A DNA stretch of 64,000 nt, from contig MNCI01002812.1 of assembly GCA_015680685.1 (NCBI GenBank), positions 564,977-628,976 on the forward strand, read 5' to 3'. The notes beneath the pieces were generated by a model. That model was not told the DNA's origin and ran no database searches. It saw only the letters and a program-made list of their open reading frames with translations. This DNA comes from Gnetum montanum. Lineage: Eukaryota > Plantae > Gnetophyta. The translations under genes and the position numbers were made by a program. Positions 12,009-25,119 of this stretch are shown here, in pieces (the first letter of the stretch is position 1; each line of letters begins with the position of its first letter).

Positions 12009-13167
12009 TCATCATCATCATCCTAGCTTTGTAAATGAATTCTCTTTCGTATCTATGAAAACCTAGATCCTTGTTTGTATGCAATTTCTTTATAGTATCT
12101 TTGATCTTTTTTTTTTTTCTATGATTTTTTAATTTTTGCTTTGAATAGCTTTTCTAGAACTATGACCTGAAAACCTTGATGATAGACTCATTACTTGGTC
12201 TTCTTTGGATATGACTAAACCATTTATGACATCATTCCTATATCTTATTCCATATAGAAAGCACCTCAAGTCTTTCTTGAGTCTTTGGATTATGCAATTA
12301 ATCTCATCTTCATTTCTAAAAAACAATCATCACTTGAAGGTTAAATGCTCATCCTATTAAGTAGGCTCCTAGGAGTGTCAATAGATGAGCAAAAACAAAG
12401 CCTTTTTTTGAGGGGTTTTATCTAGGCTTGAAACCAAGCCTTATGACTTGAAAAATGATCACCTTGTCATCATTTCAAATGATAATTCTTTAAGCATTCA
12501 CATTTTTGCCACACTAGTTTGTTCATGCTTTTTTTCACGATGTAACATTGAGCACTCTATAGAATAGCAAGTTTGGTTTTACAATGTAAAATTTTCTTTT
12601 TAGTTTTGTTAGGATTCTTTTATCACATAAAGCATCACTACCTATCTCCATTTTCATTATCTCAACATGGCCCACACTCCTGTTGGGCAACAAAACCCTT
12701 CCAATTGTATTTTCCCAAATTCTTAATCTTATTTCTTATATCTTTATTAATTTTATCATATGGTTGGAGTATTGATCCAAGGTAGTAGAATTGATCTTAT
12801 TTAGTGGAACTATTTGTAGTGAAAGACTTTTAAGCTTTGAATTTTTACACCAATTTCATTACTATTTATACTTTTATTGAAATTACATTCCATGTGTTTT
12901 TGTCCTTATTATACTAATTTTTAATCCTTTTGATGTAAGAGCATACTTCATATTTCCATTTTAAAATCAAAATATTTGCTTGAGATGTATTCATTAATAC
13001 AATATCATTTGCAAATACCATAAACCTAAGGGATTTCATCTTTTATTTTCTTAGTTAATTCATCCATAACAATAGTAAACGAGTGAGGGCTAAGTGCAAA
13101 CCTATAGTGATAGGAAAATTGAATGTAATTATACAAGTTGCTCTAATTCTAGTAGCTTCTTCATACA
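12009..13167 (-). mobile_element. RTE-clade LINE remnant (RT C-terminal half, (GAT)n tail), cut at 13168 by an LTR
   Basis: Minus-strand motifs VMDELT..IKDEIP, MVFANDIVL (FADD-like), LCDKRILTKLK and RYRNDVI. (CAT)n at 12009-12022. Confidence 0.75.
12325..12475 (-). mobile_element. Au/TS-like SINE copy 2, inserted in the RTE
   Basis: Homologous to copies 1 and 3 (GATGAGCAAAA.., B-box-like GTTTCAAGCC on minus strand). More diverged. Confidence 0.6.
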
Positions 13168-13477
13168 TGTAATGCCTAGTCAAGTCAAGCCTAGGTGAGA
13201 AGCATACTCTATCGTCCACTACTAAGAGAACTCACAACATATCATGAAAATGAATCAAACAATGTAGTGGAAGCTCATAACCCACTCTATAAAAATCACA
13301 TCAATCACAATAATAGATAAGCACATAAACCAAAACCACCACTAACATATATACATACATCACATCTGACTAGGGTACATCACACAATTATCCATCATAA
13401 TCCACAAGTCTGAGTAGCACAAGATGTTAGTGGATATATTCGAGACATGACCATACGCATACCCAATATGTACACTA

Positions 13478-13495
13478 TACACACACACACACACG
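13478..13495. repeat. (CA)n microsatellite
   Basis: ACACACACACACACAC run inside the LTR. Confidence 0.85.
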
Positions 13496-14890
13496 CAAAG
13501 CATACTCGATGACCATCTAAACCACAAACATGCCCATCTCCCTTAGGAATACATATAACACCATGAACATGAGCACTAGACCTTAGTCATCATCACCTCC
13601 CTTAGGTTATCGAACCTGTTGAACTCCTAGCTTTAGGGTTAGTATAAACACTAAGAGGGACCTTTATACATCCCCTACAAATGTAGTCTAATGTTGTGTT
13701 AGATGTGAGGTGTGTAGTTTTTGGGACCTATACCAGGGTTAGTATACCACATGCCATACAACATTTCATGCAACCATGCATGGTCACAATCTCATATGAT
13801 ATTCACACATAATGTTATATTCAATAGTTAAAATCAATGACACCAAACCAAAGTCACATCCTACCAATATGCATAGTCATAACATGATCACATGGACCAC
13901 CATTTAGGACTAATCACACATTCATAATACATTAGACAACATTCATCAATATTTATCCAACATGACATAAATATCACTATACACATGATTTGGATTCTTG
14001 GCAACCTATACTCCTAAGGATCAAGCAAAGCATCAGAAGCATATAACAACGTATCCCTAGCAACTAGTGCTCATAGGGATTCTGATCCATACAATATACA
14101 ACACAACATATATAATTTTCATGGTTATCGACACATCCACACTCTATGTATAGCATGATTTCATTGACATGACTGCTCATAAATCACAACAATGCTTATA
14201 GGTCTTTTGTTAGTTTCATTACTTAGATCACAACTGGTGCTAGTCCCTACTACCTCACATGCATCCCCATGCCACTAACCTTCTGGAGGGTAGATCCATG
14301 CATGTCAGTATGTCCCAAGATCTCATACCAATCATAGGTCCTACCTATACTCTCCTTCTCTTAACATGTGAATTGAGGCAAAGAGCCTCGTTGATGCATT
14401 TTAGTGGGGATCATCCTAATTCCTTTAGGATGCCTCATCACCAACCAATCCACACCCTTTGTTAGTACCACCAGCATGTATGCATACACATCATATGGAT
14501 AACAAATTAATCATAACATGTCCTAGACTAATTGACCAATAAGCAATCCAAATAAACACTTATCCTAAGTAATTGATGCTACAAACATCATTTAATATTT
14601 ATGCACAATCATGAGGAAATACACAAAACCATCATAGCTCATAGATGGAACAATTACTAGTCATAAGCAACTAGTGCAATAGGCATTGAGCCATGCAAGA
14701 CAAATTATAACATGCCATATTACTCCTTACATCATGCAAGAGTCAAGCCTTGTAATGCATATCTAAAAATATCACATATGTACAATCATTCTAGATTCAT
14801 CATTTATGTCATGCATATTAGCCAATTCAATAAATCATGATGTAGATCACAACTTGCATCACACTTATGGAGGTTTGTTATTAAGGACTT

Positions 14891-17800
14891 TGATAAATTG
14901 TGTTTTTTGTAGGCTAAGATATTGGGTATTTGATATTAAGAATATGATATCTTAGCCTTCATATCAGAGCATAATTTTTGATATTAGATATTCGATATTG
15001 CAGGATGCATGCTTGCCTATAAATACAACACTTGAACGCATGATTTATCCCATTCTTTCGTCAATAAAGTAGCTAAACTCTTGCAGTTTTATTTTGTAGT
15101 CTTAGAGAATAGTCAGTAAGTGCCCATAGTGTGGATCTAAGTCAATTGTATGACATCTTATTTGAGTGGCAATGTACCTAGACACATTCCATAAATGACA
15201 ATAAGATTGAGATTGATTCTTATTCATTTCAATACTTTGACTTAGACTAAATTTACTTTTAATGCAATTTATATTCCATATAGTTAGATAATATTTATGT
15301 TTCCATGCATATTAATGAATTGGCGAAATAAGCGCAACTAGTTTTGAGTGTAAGCACGTATTTGCTTGGTAATCTCAGTAGTGTTATTACTTGGTTTAGC
15401 TAGTGGCGTAGTGCTTCGTAATCCCAGTAGTGGATATGTGGATTCAAGATGTGTACAACAAGCTAGGAATGGACACTCATCACCTGTAGGCTAGTTTAGA
15501 CTTTACTTTCCATTGTTAATTAGATTAAATAATTAATCTCTCTATTATTATTAGGAGTAGCATAAGGCTGAAACAACATCAAGAATCATTTGCTTCACTT
15601 TAGACTAAATCATATGTGACAAAGCTACCACTAGTCCAAGTGGGAAGATAGCAAACTGCGATCAAGGCATAACAATCTAGATGCCACAACTAGTCCCATC
15701 TACAAAATTCGACCAGATCGTGTGTGAATGCTTATGATTGGTATGGTTAGGCACAGGGGGTAGCCGCTGCTCATCATTGGCGCTGTTGCCAAGGATGGTG
15801 CTAGTTATTTAGATTAGTTATATTATAAATGATTGCTATAAAAGCATTAACGATTTATCTTTTAGAAATATTAATATTTTATTTTAAGTCAAACACGTTA
15901 AAAACATGTCTTCTTCACATAGGACCAATAATGCATTGTATGATGAAAACACTCATAGGAAAAATTGTAGGTTCTATATTGAAGAGAATTGGAGTGAACA
16001 ACCTCAAGCAAGGATCTCATATGCTCATTTTGACCCATACTACATGCAAGGACTATGTTCAACTGGTACAAACAATTCTAGAGGAGATGGAGTAAGTCCT
16101 AGATCAAGGAGGGCCTCAAGGCCTAGGACCTCCTCTAAACCTAGAAAAGATAAATCAAGGGACAATGGGAAGAACTATAGTAGCCATGGTAATTCTCCTA
16201 GTTCCTCAACTTCCTCTTCCTCTTCAATGTGTAGTTTTAATGAAGATGAATGTAGGTATAGAGATAGAGCTCTACTATCAGGTCAAGATAAAGATAGAAA
16301 TTGAACCTAAGGGAAAAATCAAAGACATCAAAATGAGTATAAAGAAGATCATCAAAATTAGACATATAGAAATATAGATTATCATCATGATGTGTCTGGT
16401 ACAGATGAACCCTTGTTGGCTATTAGGGTCCTGACACAGATTAGGAAGGTAGTTTAAATACCCCAAAGGCATCAAAGGGATAATTGCATCAAATGGCATG
16501 ATATGGACAACATTCCTAAATTTAGGGGAGGCTATAATTTTGATCCACAACATCACTTACAAGCCTTCCATGGTGCCTGTGCCTTGCAAAATATTGAACA
16601 TAAGTGGCAAAAGCTTAATCTCTTCCCTAGGCCACTAATAGATGAAGCCAAAAGTTGGTATATATGGTTGAATTTGGTGGTCCACGATGCTAGAACTCTT
16701 TAACAAAAATTACCAAACCTATGCGGGAGTGTCCAACCTAAGAAAACAAATCCAAGGATGGAAGCAAGAAAACATGAATCCTTAGATGTGGCCTTGGATA
16801 GATACTATTCTCTACTACATAGATGTCTCGACCATGATTTCTCTCAAAAAGAGCAACTTTTCCACATCATAGATGGGCTTCATAATCAAATGAGTAAGAC
16901 CCTCAACGTCAGTTATACGAACTGAAAGCCATTAGATACAAAGCCTAATTGAGTGGGTAATAAAAGAAAAAGGAGAGCTATGTAAACAAGCAAATGTAAA
17001 GGAATATAACTATGATCCAACTCTTCAAAAGAAGAGGGTCCATATCTATGATGAGGAAAAAGAGATAGCTTTCAATGAGGTGATTTCATAACAAACTTGC
17101 CAATACAAAAGTTTATCAATGAGCTTGAAGTAAGGCTAGATAAGATGTGAGAGTTGATGAATGTCAAAGTTACAACTTACGTACGTAAAAACCATAGTAG
17201 AGAGAGTAACGCAAAACGAATCAAGTGATCAAAATAAGAAGAGGAAAATGAATCAAGAAACAAGTGGGAATACTTATTGACAAAAAGGGAAAATGGCTAT
17301 AGAAGAAGAGGCTATAGACTCAACCACAGAAGACGATGATGGATGTGACATTTGCCTATATGACCATCCAAAGGGCTATTGCCTAGTGATGTTACATCTA
17401 CATGAGTATTGGGCTTTTGCTTTGAATCCCAAGTTAATTCAAAAGCAAATTCCCAAGAAATTACCTTTTTCACAAGGTGATTATAGATAGTCCTACAACC
17501 AATCATACTATCCTAGTGGGACTTCTTATCAGCCTCAAAACTACTATCAAACATAGTGGAAAAACCCATAGTCATGGAAGAGGCCATCATCAAACCAGTA
17601 CTACCATTACTACTAGTTGGACCCATATGGATATTACGTTCAACAACCTATTTCCCCGACTGGTTCTACTTCCTATACCTTAAATCACCACTACCACTCT
17701 CTTGAATATCATCAGCCTACAACATCTTCTGAAGGATCACCACCTCACACCTCTCATCCTCCATCATATCCTCAATATTCTCATAGTTCCCTCCACCATA

Positions 17801-20800
17801 TGTCATTGCCAACAACATAGGAAGGTTTAGCACCACAACATGAACGAAGGAATGCGACTTGTGCTATGAACATACACGGAAATGATGATGTTGGTAGATC
17901 TCAACCACAACCTTGAAAATGTCCTTTCTTTAGGATGGTTTCCTCACATGGGTGCAAAACTTGTAGACCTACTAGCACATCAAAACTAGCATAAGGTCAA
18001 TTTGATGCAACATCCTTCTTTGCAAAAATGATGTCTCCTAATTACACAAAAAAGCCAACAACCATTACTACTCCAACATAAGATAGAAATGATGAACCTA
18101 TTACTATGGAGAGACAAAAACCTCCATGCATCACCAATAATGATAAAGGATGCAGTTGTGGGCCAGAAGTTCAAAATATTGACACAACCCCTATACCAAC
18201 CTAGCATAAGGTTTAGAAACAAGCGTGTAAGCAAAAACTAGTTTACATAGTAGCCACTAAACCAGGAGACACCTAGTGGCTTGGAAATAAGAGTGCAAAA
18301 CTATTTAAAAGATGCATGGAACCAACCAATCCACTTATTAGATCTTGTCCCACCTTTACGCTTAGTCATCGGGGAGAAGCCATATCCTAAATCAAAAACT
18401 AGTAAGTGGTTTTCACCTTTTTTATTTTACAATTTTTTATCATTTTCCTTTTCTTTCAAAATTTTTTGATTCTTGATATGTTTTTCATCTCTTAATATTT
18501 TTCATTTCTTTATATTTTTCTCTTTTCTTGAGTAATTTTCTTTATGTTTTATGAATTCCTTTTATGTTTTTGTTAATAATATTGCCAAGTCATGATGCAA
18601 AATTGAATACTATATGTTGGGTTTTTATTCTATGCTATCAAGATGATTGGGTAAGGAATTGTGTAAAGTAGTGAGACCACCTCATCCATCCCTCTTGTTC
18701 TCTAAATAAAAAGATCTTTGTCATAAAAGCAATTTCGTTCTTCCTTCATGAAATTAAAATTAATGAATGATCATTGTATCTTGAAGAAAGAGGGAACAAC
18801 CAAGTGGGAATGGCAAAGGGTGTGACCTCAAGGGGACTTGTTGGATTTTCTTCTTGACTTTCTTCATGTGGTTTATGACTCCTCGTGGAATATATCATCA
18901 CTCCTCCGTCGACCAATAAAAAGGAAGCTATGTCTTTACATGGTATGGTTCCCATCCAAAATCATAAAAATATAAAATTCAAAAAAAGAACAATAATTAG
19001 AATTCAAAGCACACTTCTTAAACACAATAAGGAGCTACAAGCACTAGTTATGGGGCTAGAAAGACATGTTACCCATGCCTAAAAGTGCCCCTCTAACTAA
19101 GGCCCTCCCTTCTTCTCTTTTTAGAGTGATGATTGTTCTTTGTGGTGGTTGTGGACACATGATGGTCGACAGGAAGGAACAAGTCAATGTGAGGTCATTG
19201 TTCATGGTATGGACTTGGTTTGAACTTGGATGGACAGGTATAACAATCATTTTAATCATGTTTTTCACAAGAACCTATTGAGGACATGGTATTCAAAAGA
19301 TGGCCAAGAAATATTAATGGATATGGAAATAGAAAACTAGGCAAATTAATGAAACGAATGGGAAGCAGTCCCAAAATCATGCATAAATTTAGAGAAACCT
19401 TTACTGATGTTTGAGAAGATGTGAAGGTTAGTTCAAAGCCATGATCAACAAAAGTTATGCAAGTGGGTTCTCCCCAAAGTAGGCTCCTGCCATAATGTCC
19501 TTGTATAACCACTTCTATAGATGTCCGTGGGCACCCTAGAAGTCAAATGTAGATCATGTCTTTGTTCCAAGCAACACACAACTACCATGGTTGGGATGTT
19601 GTATTATACTATACAAAACCATTGGGCTCATAATCACATGCAACAATGAGGTGAATAATGGAATTAGAAAGGATTGCAAAGATTGGGATGCAAGGTGCTT
19701 TATTAGACCTTTGGTTTCTATTTTCCAAAAACTTGTGTGCTTCTGGAGTGATGCTCATTAGTCATGGGGGCTAGGGATGTCTTCTTTGAACTCTTTTTGA
19801 AATTTTTCTAACATCCTATTTTTGAACATCATTATAACTAATAGTAATTGATCAAAATAATGTAAAGAGCTTAATGATTTTAGATACCTCATAGCCTTGG
19901 GCATAGTATGTTGACATCACCTTGTGCTTAAACACAAACTAAGGGATCTAAAAAGGGTTAATTATTAAGGAAAATTTACCAAAACTAATGTTGATCCTTT
20001 GGTAATTGTAGGTGATGCTAAAAGAAATGCCTAAGGAAGAAGGTCCTTTGCTAGGCATGAAAACGAAGCCAAGAGAGGGATAATGGAGGATATGCCCATG
20101 GAAAAATTGTAGCATGTACAGGATTGCTCATCAAACATCACATGTTTGCTGGATCCATGGGATGATGACAAGAAATTTCAGTCCATCCTTCAAGAATGTT
20201 CTACATAACTAGAGAAGCATCGACATAAAAATCAAGGTTAGAAGTCTGCCACTGCTAGCGGCAACAAGAAGATTGATCTTCCATGGATTTTTTAAGAAAT
20301 CTACAAATTTTGTAATCTTCAATGTTTGTCTAGTCTTTTTGTCACTTTTTCATTTTGTTTGCATCTACTCGAATAAATTTTTTCATACAACACTTCGAGT
20401 CAGTTAATAGTTAGAGTCAATTAATAATCCCATACCTTCCCAATATTTTATAAGGAACTTGTTCCTCCTTTTTTTTACTTGAGGATGAGTTTTCATTTAG
20501 TCATGGGAGTATGATTAATTATGTTTTTTGTAGGCTAGGACATTGGGTATCCAATATCTTAACCTTGATATCGGAGCATAAGTTTCAATATTAGATGTTA
20601 GATATCATAGGATGTGTGCCTATCTATAAATACAACATTTGGGCACACAATTCATCCCATTCTTTTATCAATAGAGTAGCCAAACTCTTGTAATTTTATT
20701 CTATAGTCTTAGAGAATAATTAGTGAATGCTTTCAGTGTGGATCTGAATCAATTGTACAATGTCTTATTCGAGTAACAATGTACTTGGACACATTCCATG

Positions 20801-21383
20801 AATGCCAATAAGATCGAGATTGGTTCTTTCTCATTGTAGCACTTTGACTTAGACTAGATTTACTTTTAATGGAATTTAGATTCCATGTACTTAGTTAATA
20901 TTTACGTTTCCATGCATATTAATGAATTGGCAGAATGAGTGTGACTAGTTGTAAGTGTAAACACGTATTCACTTGGTAATCCCAACAACATTATTACTTG
21001 GTTTTCCCAATAGCATAGTGCTTGGTAATCCTAGTAGGGGATATGTCGATTTAGGATGTGTATGGTAAGCTGGGAATAGACACTCGTTGCTTGTAAGCCA
21101 GTTTAGGCTTTACTTTCCATTATTAGTTAGATTAAATAATTAATCTCTCTATTATTGTTAGGTGTAGCATAAGGTTGAAATAACATCAAGAATCATATAC
21201 TTCACTCTAGACTAAATCATATGTGACAATGTTAGCATTAGTCCAAGTGGGAAGATAGCGAATTGCAATCAAGGCATAATGACCTAGATGCCACAACTAG
21301 TCCCATCCATGGAATTCAACTAGATTGTGCATGAATGCTTGTGATGTGTATGGTTTGGTGTAGGGGGTACCCATTGCTCATTA
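14891..21383 (+). mobile_element. Non-autonomous Athila-like LTR retrotransposon (gag remnant only)
   Basis: LTRs 14891-15776 and 20512-21383 (TGAT..CATCA/CATTA). PBS TGGCGCTGTTGCCAAGGA at 15778 (tRNA-Asp-like). PPT-like GGGAGTA before the 3' LTR. TSD GACTT/GACTC. Gag motif PKFRGGYNFDPQHHLQAF..KLNLFP..AKSWY and zinc knuckle CDICLYDHPKGYC. No protease or pol seen. Confidence 0.88.
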
Positions 21384-24300
21384 GACTCCAACCTAGTCAC
21401 AAATTGTTCCTTGTTCTTGCCTCTAATAAAACTCTAGTTGCTACCCCATTATATGGGTACTACATCTAGTGTAACTCAATGCTAGCTACAAAATGTGAAA
21501 CTAAAAATCAATCATAATCCTACTGCAACTATTTATGACTTGCACCCTCAGTCACAACTCCTTTCTAACTTGCATCTCACTCAAAGCCCTAATACAATCA
21601 AGTTGAAACTTGACCACAACCTATTAAAGAACTTATTCTTGAAGGAAAAACATACTTAAAAAAACAAAAATACTTAACACAAAAATTCTTGTGCATGTCA
21701 TATGTCAAAATCCATGTAAACATCCTAATCATTATTCATCATACACTCAAGGAGCAATAACATAACATCTACTACATCTAAGAGTTACATCTAATTTGAC
21801 AAATGTACCTACTAAATTTCTAGACACATGAATAGCCAAATCATTGGGTTTTCAAAATCTCACACATACCAAATCAACATAACCAATGAACATGTCATGT
21901 TCAACCTATCAATTCGAACACACCCTTGTCACCATGCACAAAAATCCAACTATCACAAACATGGAACAAGTAAAGATATCCACTTGGATTCCAAAAACTG
22001 TTGATAACAAGTAAAGCATCAAAATACTTCTAATAAAGTTCTAGATTCTCAAAAACTAGAATCAAACCTATTTTATGATAACCTACCCAACATTAGATCC
22101 CCAATGTTCCTAAGATTATGGAAATTAGTTGAGAATAATAAAAATTGGAGCAAAAGAAATGTAGCAGAAACCTAGGATCCATGATTGGGAGGAAAAGAAG
22201 TAAATGTGGTTTATGTTTTATTAATAAATCTAAATATAAATTATTTTAAGTGTAGTTTTACTTTTCCAATATTTCCCAACCATTTTTTCTGTTCCAACTA
22301 ATAACACGATCACAAGATATTTGATTAAAATACTGATGAAATCTATGAACTCCATAACTCACCTAAATCATGAGCATAAGGCTACATGAGTACTAGAGAA
22401 CATATAGATTAGTTTCATACTTAGTTATGCATAATATATTAAACACTATAATGCTAATACATAGTCTATCAAACAACATTAACTCATGACCACATGACAT
22501 AGGTCTTTGAACAATACTAACTATCATAGTTATAAAAGTATAATCATAACACATAATCCATGATCATACCTACTTGAAGCTCAGTCTTCCTACACAACCT
22601 TTTCACCCTACCAATGACAATACCAAATTAGACATCTAGCAAGATCAATGTGCATATTGACGGAATCATAATATCATGCATGATCATAATGCTCATAAAT
22701 CCTATAAAATATCATTAAAATAGTCCATCTAGCTACACATTCCCATGATCCCCAATCAATACTAGTCATACATGTCTATCATACACATGATACTTTGAGA
22801 TTCTATGGTGCGAAGTTACACTCTTGTCCCCCTAAGAATCTTTCCCTTGAAAGATCTGCAAGTGTCTCACCTGTATTTCCATCTCTACCTCTTAGGTAGC
22901 CTCTTGAGTATCATGTTGATTTTACAATACCTTTATCATAGGCACTATCTTTCTCTGTAAATGTCAAACTATTCTATCAATAATTTGAATTGGCCTCTAT
23001 ATGTAAGTAACATCCTGTTGTATTTATACACTTGTTCAATCTATCTTAGAATGGTCATTTGGCACATACCTTTATAACATAGGTATTTGAAACACATTGT
23101 GTAACCCCATTAACTATGGAGGTAATGCCAACCTATAGGCCATCATGCTAATCTACCCTAATATCTCAAATGGCCCAATATATATGAATGTTAACTTCCC
23201 CTTCTAGCTAAACCTCATCAGACCCTTCAAGGGTGACACCAAAAGGAATGCTTAATCATCAACTAGAAACTCCAATGCTCTCTAATATCAATTAGTGTAG
23301 GTTTTCTATCTATCCTAAGCTACCCTTAATTGATCTTGAATCATCTAAATCTTCTTATTATTCTACATCATTAAATACATGATCACATGTGGTTTGTTCT
23401 TAGTAGGATTCCAACACAACAGAGTCCATATAACACCTCATATAGAGATGCTCACAAACTTTTCTAATAAATGTTATTGTATGAAAGCAGTGGAAGTGAC
23501 AACATGCAGTCCCAACTATCTTTAAATTATAGGAAACATGCACAAAACATATTCTATAATATCTAGTTCACTTATCCCATTTGCTCATATTCTACAAATG
23601 ATATGCTAAACTTAAGTTTAATTGGATATCGAGCTCTCTTTGAAATGTTCTCCAAAATTAGGATACAAATATGACATCTTTATCACTAATAATCCATCTT
23701 GGAACACTATGAAAACATAAAATCTCTTCAATATATAATTGAGTTGTCTTCTTTGCATCCATAGTAGTTATAATGGCTAAGAAATGTGTAGACTTTGTCA
23801 ACAGGTTTACAATCACATAAATAGCATCATGCCCCCTTTGAGTATGTGGTAAACCAACAATAAAATCCCTTCCATTGGATTTCACTTCCATAATGTTATG
23901 TCATGAGAATGAAAGAACCTTCAATGCCTATGATGCAAAATCTTTACATGTTGAGATATGAAACAATAAGAAACATAACTACTAGCATCCCTCTTCATAT
24001 GAGACTATTAATACATACATCATAAGCTCTAGTACATCTTCTCACTACCTAGATGCAACTAATATCTACTCAAATGAACCTCATCCAATAATTAAGAGCA
24101 TAACACTATCAAGACATAAATCTAACCATCTCTTCATGATACACCTTGAAAATCTAGTGTAATCAATCCATCCTTAGAAACCTATTGTTGAAGCTTTTGA
24201 CACCAAGAATCTTGTAGTAGTTTCTTATACAAACTATGATGAAATGTCAAATAAATAATAAGACTACTCAATCAAACAATAATTCTACCCAATGCATTTA

Positions 24301-25119
24301 GTACCTATTTAGTTTTGCTAGGCCAATAGTAGATGGTGAAATCAAAATATAAAAGAAACTCTAACCATCTCCTATGTTGTAGGTTTAGTTGCATATGACT
24401 TATAAGATACCAAAGGCTCATATGGTTAGTCCAGATGGGCACATGCTCTTCATACAAATAATGTCACCCAGTCTTCAATGTAAAGAACACTACACCTAGC
24501 TCCAAATCATGACCTAGATACCAAGTCTTATGTAGCCTCAATTGTCAAGAAGCATAGGCCATAACCTATCTATCCTACATCAAAACACATCTAAAGCCAT
24601 CTCTAGAAGCATTTGTACATATCTCATAAGGATGACCTAGAGTAAGAGAGACTAATATTAGAGGTGACACTAATCTACACTTCAACTCATCAAATGCAAT
24701 CAAAAAAGGTGAACTTCAATAAAACTAGGTTTCCTTCCTTAATAATTGAGTCAAAGGAAAAGCTATGTGACAAAAAGGCTTCATAAATTTTTGGTAGTAA
24801 CTTGCCAAGCCTAGGAAACTATGAACCTCTCCTACAATCCATGGAACTGACTAGTCTTGAACAACTATAATCTTGGGTAGATCCATTGCAATACTAGCCT
24901 TGTAAACAACATGACCTAAGAACTGTATCTTTGATTATCAAAGGAAACACTTGGATGGTTGGGTATATAGCCAATGCTGCCACAAGATTTGTAATGCATT
25001 CACAAGTTCTCCATATGCCTTTACTCATTTGGGGAGTATACCAAAATGTCATCAATGAAAACTATCATAGACTGATATAGATAGAGTTGTAATACACTTC
25101 ATCAAGTGCTAGAGCATTT

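Larger units (their letters stand above)
13168..25100 (-). mobile_element. Ty3/Gypsy chromovirus (Tekay/Del-like) 3' half: RT end, RNase H, integrase, PPT and ~3.2-kb 3' LTR (13168-22820, interrupted by 14891-21383)
   Basis: Integrase DFIVGLPHTQRGHDAIYVIVNLLTKSTHFL (23658-23891), YIGPFEIL (GPF) ~23170, RT IVFIDDILVYS ~25040. PPT AGGGGGACAAGAG followed by TGTAAC at 22820. LTR ends ..GGCATTACA at 13168. Confidence 0.8.
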
